Below, one piece after another: positions 1 to 6,514 of a stretch of DNA of 19,088 nucleotides. How positions within the stretch are numbered: position 1 is the stretch's first letter; each line of letters begins with the position of its first letter. The notes below the pieces were generated by a model. That model saw nothing but the letters and a program-made list of their open reading frames with translations. It did not search any database and was not told where the DNA came from. The position numbers and the translations under genes are program-made. The stretch comes from an uncultured archaeon. Lineage in GTDB: Archaea; Asgardarchaeota; Thorarchaeia; Thorarchaeales; Thorarchaeaceae. The stretch is taken from NCBI GenBank assembly GCA_964631415.1, contig CAZVZC010000039.1, positions 1-19,088 of the forward strand, written 5' to 3'.

Positions 1-90
1 ATCTAGTGCCGCTGGTGACAAAAGCCAGATTTGTGTGTGGCGATGTGGGAAACTCTTTCTGCCCATCGGTGCCACCGACTACACCAGTGG

Positions 91-1059
91 CTACTCTGGA
101 GCTGGCTGGTCACACTTCTGTGCGAGCGCTTCACCGGATATCCCAGATTGTCGTGACTTAACAAATCTGTACAATACAACAGGTATCACTATGGCGAGCC
201 AGAGGAGCGTGTTCCCGATTGTCACCATCAAGAAGTCTGTGCCGCTCGAATCCAACCATAGCTGTCCTAGCCGGGCCATCTGTACCAATGGAAGGACCAA
301 AACAACTCCGAACAACTGCTTGAGCCGGACTGCATTGATCCTGCAGGCCAGACGAGGACCAAATTGAGCTCCCACGACCATGCCAAGACTGATTGTCAAT
401 GCATAGAACACATGTATCTCCCCCGCAAGGTAGTTCATCACTGTGCCAGAGGTGGCTGTGAAGACCATCGTGAGCATAGATGTGGCGACTGCCGCATGCA
501 TGGGAAGCCCCATCAGCATGTTCAGTGTAGGGACCATGAGTACGCCACCCCCTATTCCGAGTAGCCCGGACAGTATACCCGCGCAGAGAGAACCGATAAG
601 GGAATAGCCAATCCTCACATGAGGAATCCGGGAGAGGTTGAATGAACCAACCTCAGATGCGAAATCAGCTTTTTCTCTCTTCTTGGCGAATAGCATTCTC
701 AGGGCGATAGGCATCAGGATAGCGGCGAACACAAGCCTGAGTGTTTCTTCATCTTGGAGGGTTCCACGAAGCCACACCCCCAAGAGCGAACCAGGAACAC
801 TTGTCACGGCCAAGAGTAGGCCTGCCCTTGGAATGACCGGATGGGGTTTCTGGCGATAGTATGGAACTAAGCTTGCCATCGCCACGAAGAACGCGGCCAC
901 CAGCGTAGTACCAGGTGCAGTCAAAGGCGAGAGACCAAATCCAATGATGAGCACTGGAACAAGAATGATGCCTCCCCCCACACCTAGCATGGACGAGAGT
1001 GCACCAACGCCTAGGCCGCACACAATCAAGACTACGGCTTCAACGAATAGCTCCTGCAT
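91..1059 (-). CDS. Sulfite exporter TauE/SafE family (TSUP) membrane protein
   Basis: 322 aa, polytopic. Has the duplicated family motif GALSSMLGVGGGIILVPVL and GILSGLLGIGGGVLMVPTL, followed by HAAVATS and GAQFGPRLA. Confidence 0.92.
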   Translation of the reverse strand: MQELFVEAVVLIVCGLGVGALSSMLGVGGGIILVPVLIIGFGLSPLTAPGTTLVAAFFVAMASLVPYYRQKPHPVIPRAGLLLAVTSVPGSLLGVWLRGTLQDEETLRLVFAAILMPIALRMLFAKKREKADFASEVGSFNLSRIPHVRIGYSLIGSLCAGILSGLLGIGGGVLMVPTLNMLMGLPMHAAVATSMLTMVFTATSGTVMNYLAGEIHVFYALTISLGMVVGAQFGPRLACRINAVRLKQLFGVVLVLPLVQMARLGQLWLDSSGTDFLMVTIGNTLLWLAIVIPVVLYRFVKSRQSGISGEALAQKCDQPAPE

Positions 1060-1131
1060 TCCAGTTTCCGTCAGGCGGGCCAGACAGCAACGGGCACTTA
1101 AGGTGTACTGTCGGGTCGTTGCGCACGGAGT

Positions 1132-1566
1132 TCAGGAAGGCGTCTTGCGGCGGCCGACATAGTAACAACCGAGAATCAGAATGAACAGACCGAGTAGCAT
1201 CAAAGCAATCCCCCCATTTTCCGCACCTATGTCGCCCTGTACCAAGGTGAGAACCACATATCCCAACACGACGATGATAAGACCTACAACCGCAGCGTAC
1301 TTGCCAGGCCTCGAGTTGTATCTCATGAAGGCGGGCTCTTCTTCGGAAGAAGAAACCGCGGGTCGACTCGAAACCCTCAGGTCCTCTCTAAAGAATCTCT
1401 GCCCGTCCGGTGTCAGACGACCCTTTAAGACCCCCTCAGTCGCGAGTTGCTGGAGCATCGATCTGACCTCGTCCTCGCCCATTCCGAGCCTAGTGCTCAG
1501 TATCGCGACCGAACTCAGGTCCTCGTCCATGACCAGTTTCGCCAATCGTTCCTTCTGAGCAGACAT
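1132..1566 (-). CDS. Hypothetical protein: N-terminal winged-helix (PCI/DDRGK-like) domain with two C-terminal TM helices
   Basis: Sequence LSTRLGMGEDEVRSMLQQLATEGVLKGRLTPDGQRFF fits a helix-turn-helix plus wing pattern. It is followed by a linker, two hydrophobic segments and a basic C-terminus. Start placed at ATG 1566 (alternatives 1572, 1587). Confidence 0.7.
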   Translation of the reverse strand: MSAQKERLAKLVMDEDLSSVAILSTRLGMGEDEVRSMLQQLATEGVLKGRLTPDGQRFFREDLRVSSRPAVSSSEEEPAFMRYNSRPGKYAAVVGLIIVVLGYVVLTLVQGDIGAENGGIALMLLGLFILILGCYYVGRRKTPS

Positions 1567-1653
1567 CCCCATCGCCAAGACCTGCAATACAGCCGCCCAT
1601 CATAAACGTACCGAGCCAGGCAATTGATGCCAGTGAGGCATGAGGCGCCGCCA

Positions 1654-2730
1654 TCATGAACCGAGCTTCTGTTCGTAGAAGTATCTGCCCTTCGAGTAGA
1701 CCTTCTCGTTTCCTGCGATGACTTCCCCTTGGGCCATGCTCTTGACCATGTCCACGTGCACCGCGCTCTGATTCGTACCATCACATTCCTTGTACGCGTT
1801 CCCAAGAGCACAGTGAATCGTCTGGCCTATCTTCTCGTCGAACAACATGTTGAGCGTGTACTGCTTGATGCCCCGGTTCGTGCCTATCGCCATCTCGCCA
1901 AGCCGCCGGGAACCGAGGTCGGTTTCGATGATTGACTTTAGTGTATCCTGGCCCTTCTCTGCCGCGTAGTCAATAACCTCGCCCTTGCTGAACTTCAGCC
2001 GCACACCCTCTATCACCTTTCCCTGCTGGAGAAAGGGTATGTCGAAATACACCTTACCCTCCACACTGTTGTCGACAGGCGCCGTGAAGACCTCGCCACT
2101 AGGCATGTTGTGCTTTCCGTCTGACGCAACCCAGATACGGCCGGCCGTGGATGCAAAGAGATCTGTTTCTGGACCAATGAACCTCACATCACTGTGCTTC
2201 TCGAGGTGCTCCTTCATGGCATAGAGGTTCTTGCTCTCGCTCTTCCAGTCTATCAGTGTGGCACCATAGACGAAGTTCTGGTACTCCTCCAAACTCATGT
2301 TCGCCTGCTGAGCCAGCGCTCTACAGGGATGGACTGTTAGGCACCATCTCTTCGATAGTCTGATGTCTGAGATTTTCTGCATAGTCCTACTGACGCTCAC
2401 AATCCTCTTGGGATCGACCGCCGCCAATGCTCTCGTGTTCATGGGCGCATTCAGCATCATGTACACATCGCAGGCTTCGATGAGCGCCTCTTGATGCCTT
2501 GGATACAGCGTCAGGGTGTCGTCATCCGCTCCATCATACAACGCACGAGTGATCTCTTCACTTGCCATCAACACGACAGAAGCGGCGCCAGCCTTGGCAA
2601 CTTCTCTTGTGACAGCCACAGCAAGGTCGTGCGCGTCTGGCGACGCATTGATGACGACCATGTCTCCTTTTTTGACTTCGGTGCTCCACTGCACGAGAAT
2701 ACGTGCATGATGTTCGATTCTGGTGTCCAT
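1654..2730 (-). CDS. Aminopeptidase, peptidase family M29 (AmpS/AmpT-like thermophilic metalloprotease)
   Basis: Motifs NMPSGEVFTAP, LGEMAIGTN, LFDEKIG, HCALGNAY and SAVHVDM. The N-terminus MDTRIEHHARILVQWS matches the family start, so ATG 2730 is preferred over 2769. Confidence 0.93.
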   Translation of the reverse strand: MDTRIEHHARILVQWSTEVKKGDMVVINASPDAHDLAVAVTREVAKAGAASVVLMASEEITRALYDGADDDTLTLYPRHQEALIEACDVYMMLNAPMNTRALAAVDPKRIVSVSRTMQKISDIRLSKRWCLTVHPCRALAQQANMSLEEYQNFVYGATLIDWKSESKNLYAMKEHLEKHSDVRFIGPETDLFASTAGRIWVASDGKHNMPSGEVFTAPVDNSVEGKVYFDIPFLQQGKVIEGVRLKFSKGEVIDYAAEKGQDTLKSIIETDLGSRRLGEMAIGTNRGIKQYTLNMLFDEKIGQTIHCALGNAYKECDGTNQSAVHVDMVKSMAQGEVIAGNEKVYSKGRYFYEQKLGS

Positions 2731-2771
2731 ACAGTCCACAACCAGCTTGTTTGACGGTAGCCTGTACAAGA

Positions 2772-2783
2772 CACTTATTTATC
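2772..2783. promoter_or_regulatory. Putative archaeal TATA-like element in the divergent aminopeptidase/transporter A intergenic region
   Basis: CACTTATTTATC is the most AT-rich tract in this otherwise GC-balanced spacer, ~45 nt from the aminopeptidase ATG. Confidence 0.35.
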
Positions 2784-2870
2784 GGCATTGGTCCAGTCCC
2801 AGAGTAAGCCACATACTGCCCTTGACTTTCGGATGCCTAATGGAGCGCGACTGAAACGGACATCGCTGGA

Positions 2871-4136
2871 GTGATATGCCTCGCCGTTTTCATTGTGACT
2901 CTGGCAGCTCTAGTACTCACCAAGTTCGATGAAACAGCTATAGTGCTTTTGTCGATGTCCATCTGTGCTATCGTGACCTACGTCATAGGAGGATTGTCAT
3001 TCTCGGTAGTGCTCGGCTACGTTGGCTGGGACACTATCCTGTTCATAATGGCAATGATGATAATCATCTCAGTCCTAGGTTCTTCGGGCATGTTTCAATA
3101 TATGGCCCTGATCATCGCCGGCCGAGCCAAGGGTGACCCGAAGAAACTGTACATGATGTTCATGGTACTTGTGTTCCTGATCTCTCTCTTCATTCATCCA
3201 TTGCCAACCATACTCATAATGGGTGCGTTCACAGTCGAGGTATGCAATGGGCTCGATATCGACTTCAGACCGTTTCTGATTTCAGAGGCTGTTGTTGCCA
3301 ACTCGGGCTCGATCGCTACCCCCATTGCGTCCATCCCAGACATGATCATCGTTTCCGTAGCGAAGATGGACGTAGGCCTCATGTTCATCGTCCTGTTCCC
3401 TCTATCGCTGTTCCTTCTTTTTCTGACAATCTTGTACTTCCTGAGATACTACCGTGACGCCTTCGTCCCGTCCCCTACTCTGGCTACGACTGATCTGTTC
3501 ATGGTAGAGCCAAGTGTGATGATACGCTCAAGATTCGACTTCTATGTCTCAGTGCTTGCCTTGGCTGTACTGATGACAGGTCTTGTGCTCATACCCAATG
3601 AGTCGGCTATCGTGGGTCTTCTTGTTGCTGCGGCATTGTTGGTGTTGTCATTCGACCGGGCGAAGGACCTACTGAATCGGCTGTCTTGGGATACAGTGTT
3701 CTTTGTCGTGGGCCTCTTCGGGATTGTGGCGGCATTAGAGGCAACAGGTGTGGTCGAAGACTTGGTGAACGCGTTGGGAGTAGTCGGGGGTAGTAACGTC
3801 TTTGTAGCCATAGTCATGATGATATGGTTGCCGGGCCTAGTCTTGTCAACAATGGATAATGTGCCCATTGCTGCACTTCTTGCTCCCACAGTTGCCCAAG
3901 GTACTGTGCTCGGATCGCTGAGCCCAGTTGTTTCTCAGTCCTTGATCTTGGGGGTGAATGCATCAGTCTATGTCGTCCCGTTTGGAGACGCACCCAACTA
4001 CATCGTACTGGACATAGCTGAGAGAAATCGCCGACCGATCACGTGGACCGTCTTCACGAGAGCTACTTTCCCTCTGGGAATACTACACCTTGTCATAGCC
4101 ACAATCTATCTGTCTGCTGTAGCCATGCTCTTGTGA
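2871..4136 (+). CDS. Ion transporter (IT) superfamily permease, ArsB/NhaD/CitMHS-SLC13-like, paralog A
   Basis: 421 aa, many TM segments. Internally repeated WDTILF/WDTVFF motifs, plus SSGMFQY, ANSGSIATPIA, STMDNVP and PFGDAPN. Start uncertain: GTG 2871, whereas the codon homologous to paralog B's ATG is ACG at 2856. Confidence 0.88.
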   Translation: MICLAVFIVTLAALVLTKFDETAIVLLSMSICAIVTYVIGGLSFSVVLGYVGWDTILFIMAMMIIISVLGSSGMFQYMALIIAGRAKGDPKKLYMMFMVLVFLISLFIHPLPTILIMGAFTVEVCNGLDIDFRPFLISEAVVANSGSIATPIASIPDMIIVSVAKMDVGLMFIVLFPLSLFLLFLTILYFLRYYRDAFVPSPTLATTDLFMVEPSVMIRSRFDFYVSVLALAVLMTGLVLIPNESAIVGLLVAAALLVLSFDRAKDLLNRLSWDTVFFVVGLFGIVAALEATGVVEDLVNALGVVGGSNVFVAIVMMIWLPGLVLSTMDNVPIAALLAPTVAQGTVLGSLSPVVSQSLILGVNASVYVVPFGDAPNYIVLDIAERNRRPITWTVFTRATFPLGILHLVIATIYLSAVAMLL

Positions 4137-4226
4137 TCTGACGCTATGCAAGCCGATTCTGCAGGGTAGTCCAGATCCATTTGCAGGTCGCATAGGACGG
4201 ACCAAACATCGAACACCTCGCAGGCG

Positions 4227-4448
4227 GCTCAATCCACCATCTGTTTCGCGGAATCATTTTGTCTTGCAGCTATGTGCTTGTTCCTCTTTTCCAGCGCGTG
4301 AATGCGCAGACCACTTTTCCAGTGGGACCTCCATCTGTGGAAAGGCATAATAGCAGTCTGGTAGTGACAGTCCCACGTGCCGCTTCCTTCCGGAAGCAGT
4401 AATCGTCAAAGCTCAGATGCGAGGATTGAGCGGAGTTGTCGAAAGGCA
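4227..4448 (+). other. Structured intergenic element (candidate ncRNA/leader or degenerate MITE)
   Basis: GCTCAATCC (4227-35) pairs with GGATTGAGC (4423-31) and CATCTG (4238-43) pairs with CAGATG (4414-19). This stem encloses several hairpins. Confidence 0.3.
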
Positions 4449-4502
4449 GAGAAACCATAGCAGCAAGCAGGAAGTGGCAGACCGAATGACACGGGAAGTT
4501 CA

Positions 4503-4511
4503 CTTTTTAAG
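4503..4511 (+). promoter_or_regulatory. Putative TATA box for the small ubiquitin-like gene
   Basis: CTTTTTAAG lies ~35-40 nt upstream of the probable start region at 4545. Confidence 0.45.
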
Positions 4512-4544
4512 AAGCCATCCAGAAAGATTAGACGCTTTACTGGG

Positions 4545-4895
4545 ATAGATGAGGAACCGAAGAAGGATCAGAAACTCGTCGCACGTCCTGTTGACCCGTC
4601 TGTCGTCACGAGGGTCGTGAGAAACCCCTTGTCTGGACAGGAGTGCGTCGTCAGCGGCTCTCCTTCAACCACTTTTCGTCAAGCCTGCTTGGCCAAATGG
4701 CCATTCAAGGGTGTTAGTGCTCATGCTCATTGGATAGTCTTGGATGATCGTGGAAACGATATCACCGACGAGCCCCTCACGTCATGTGACTGTGTGTCAG
4801 TCATACAAGTGGAAACGAAGAAACAGACAGAAGACACAGGCCACAGAGTCGAGGAAGAATCGTCCATGGACAAGACTGCCAGATTCTATGACTAG
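4545..4895 (+). CDS. Small hypothetical protein, candidate beta-grasp/ubiquitin-like fold without C-terminal GG
   Basis: The frame is open from 4461 to TAG 4895 and reads (I)DEEPKKDQKLVARPVDPSVVTRVVRNPLSGQECVVSGSPSTTFRQACLAKWPF...WIVLDDRGNDITDEPLTS...VIQV. The first canonical start is GTG 4617; ATA 4545 is a tentative upstream start. Confidence 0.6.
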   Translation: MDEEPKKDQKLVARPVDPSVVTRVVRNPLSGQECVVSGSPSTTFRQACLAKWPFKGVSAHAHWIVLDDRGNDITDEPLTSCDCVSVIQVETKKQTEDTGHRVEEESSMDKTARFYD

Positions 4896-4933
4896 TTGCG
4901 CATTGACAGTCAGCCTTTTTCGTCACTGCTTGT

Positions 4934-5004
4934 GTTTGGACACTTACAAGAACCAAGCTGAAGCCCGGAGTGTGACCAAACGCCGTATGCCTAGCATCGG
5001 TCAG
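4934..5004 (-). pseudogene. Remnant of the 3' end of a paralogous molybdopterin oxidoreductase
   Basis: Translates as LTDARHTAFGHTPGFSLVLV[2-nt deletion]SK, versus LTDDRHTAFGHTPGFNSVLVRVSK in the intact gene (6554-6625). Confidence 0.88.
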
Positions 5005-5194
5005 TATCTGTTGCGGCATGAATCAGTGAACAGGCAATCCGATTCCTACAGCCGCACTCCCGACTGTGCCATGACCTATCGCTAGATGTCTTGGCCACCA
5101 TCATGAAACTCCTTATCTGCTGGAGTTGTTCTGCTTCACCCACCATGAGCGGCTACTGCCCTCAAGTCTCTCTGGCCGCAGGAGTGCAACTAGT

Positions 5195-6469
5195 ATGGAA
5201 ATCGCCGGTGCTATTTGTCTGGCGATATTCATTGCCACCCTAGGTGTGCTCTTGCTGGGCAAGTTCAATGAAACCGCAGTAGTGCTTTTCGGAATGGCAC
5301 TTTCAGCGCTTGTCCTAATCCTTGTAGCTGGCAAGTCGTTCAGCCTGATGATGGGTTTAGTCGGCTGGGACACCATCATGTTCATCACGGCCATGATGAT
5401 CATAATAGCAGTTGTTGGATCATCAGGGATGTTCCAATACATCGCCCTCCTCTTAGCTAATCGCACCGCCGGGGATGTCAGGAAGATCTTCGTGCTCTTC
5501 ATGGCGCTGGTGTATGTCATATCTCTCGTCATCCACCCGCTCCCAACTGTACTGATAATGGGAACATTCACTGTCGAGATATGCAAAGGTCTTGACGCTG
5601 ACTTCAGACCCTTCCTGATGGCAGAGTGCGTGATCGCCAACTTCGCATCGATTCCGACTCCGATAGGGTCAGTGCCCAGTATGCTGATAGTCTTTCTGGC
5701 TGGGCTGGACATAGGTCTGATGTTCGTTGTCCTCTTCCCCCTCTCTTTGGTCCTCCTCGGTGTGACAATCTTATACATGATGAGATACTTGAAGGATGTA
5801 CCAGTTTCTTCACCGACAGACCATGTAGACGAACTCCTCATGGTCAATCCAAAGGTCATGATCAAGTCGCGTTCTGACTTCTATGTTTCATTGGTCGCAC
5901 TAGTGATTCTCATGATTGGCATGATTCTCGCGCCTGCAGATTCCGCGGTCGTTGCACTTCTCGTAGCAGCGGGACTGCTAATCCTGTCGTTCAGTCGTGC
6001 CAAAGACCTTCTGAATCGGTTATCGTGGGACACTATTTTCTTTGTTGTGGGTCTGTTCGGCATGGTCGCAGCCATGGAGGCCACAGGCGTCATAACCGAC
6101 ATTGTGGCAGGGATGACCATAATCGTCGGCTCAAACATATTCATTGCGGCAGCCATCCTGATCTGGCTGCCCGGTTTGGTCCTTTCTGCTGTCGACGCCA
6201 TTCCTGTTGCTGCACTACTAGCTCCTGTCGCATCCGGGTTCGGCGCCCTCAACCCAGTGGTTCCCTTTTCACTAGTCATAGGAGCAAACCTCAATGGCTA
6301 TGTCATCCCATTTGGAGACGCACCCAACATGGTGGTTGTGTCGCTTGCTGAGAAGGAAAACACCCCTCTCACGTGGTGGGAATTCACGAAAGTGGTGACC
6401 CCATTAGGCGTGCTGCACCTCATCATCTCGACGGTCTACATTTTTGGTGTCGGGTTCCTAATACCTTGA
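5195..6469 (+). CDS. Ion transporter (IT) superfamily permease, ArsB/NhaD/CitMHS-SLC13-like, paralog B
   Basis: Aligns end to end with paralog A (GWDTIMF, GSSGMFQY, IHPLPT, RAKDLLNRLSWDT, PFGDAPN). ATG 5195 is preceded by GGAG. Confidence 0.9.
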   Translation: MEIAGAICLAIFIATLGVLLLGKFNETAVVLFGMALSALVLILVAGKSFSLMMGLVGWDTIMFITAMMIIIAVVGSSGMFQYIALLLANRTAGDVRKIFVLFMALVYVISLVIHPLPTVLIMGTFTVEICKGLDADFRPFLMAECVIANFASIPTPIGSVPSMLIVFLAGLDIGLMFVVLFPLSLVLLGVTILYMMRYLKDVPVSSPTDHVDELLMVNPKVMIKSRSDFYVSLVALVILMIGMILAPADSAVVALLVAAGLLILSFSRAKDLLNRLSWDTIFFVVGLFGMVAAMEATGVITDIVAGMTIIVGSNIFIAAAILIWLPGLVLSAVDAIPVAALLAPVASGFGALNPVVPFSLVIGANLNGYVIPFGDAPNMVVVSLAEKENTPLTWWEFTKVVTPLGVLHLIISTVYIFGVGFLIP

Positions 6470-6484
6470 GTGTGAGAAGCACAC
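6470..6484. terminator. Small hairpin between convergent genes
   Basis: GTGTG-AGAAG-CACAC immediately after the transporter B stop, in a 45-nt convergent gap. Confidence 0.2.
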
Positions 6485-6514
6485 ACGGACATTGCGGCCT
6501 GATTCTATGACCAG

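Noticed and set aside
4378-4400. SRP RNA helix 8: the minus strand reads TCCGGAAGGAAGCGGC, close to the 4.5S RNA motif
   Set aside because: The required upstream CAGG of the symmetric internal loop is TGCT here, giving a plain Watson-Crick hairpin. No other SRP helices were recognised.
4270-4503. 77-aa minus-strand ORF in the intergenic gap
   Set aside because: No motif or typical composition. The region is better explained as non-coding.
4545-4895. MoaD/SAMP sulfur carrier for the neighbouring molybdoenzyme
   Set aside because: Lacks the C-terminal Gly-Gly essential for thiocarboxylation or conjugation.
4801-5019. 72-aa minus-strand ORF as a functional gene
   Set aside because: Only ~20 codons are meaningful (the oxidoreductase remnant). 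The rest follows a frameshift and runs antisense to the small + strand gene.
5113-5865. 250-aa minus-strand ORF
   Set aside because: Antisense shadow of hydrophobic transporter B.
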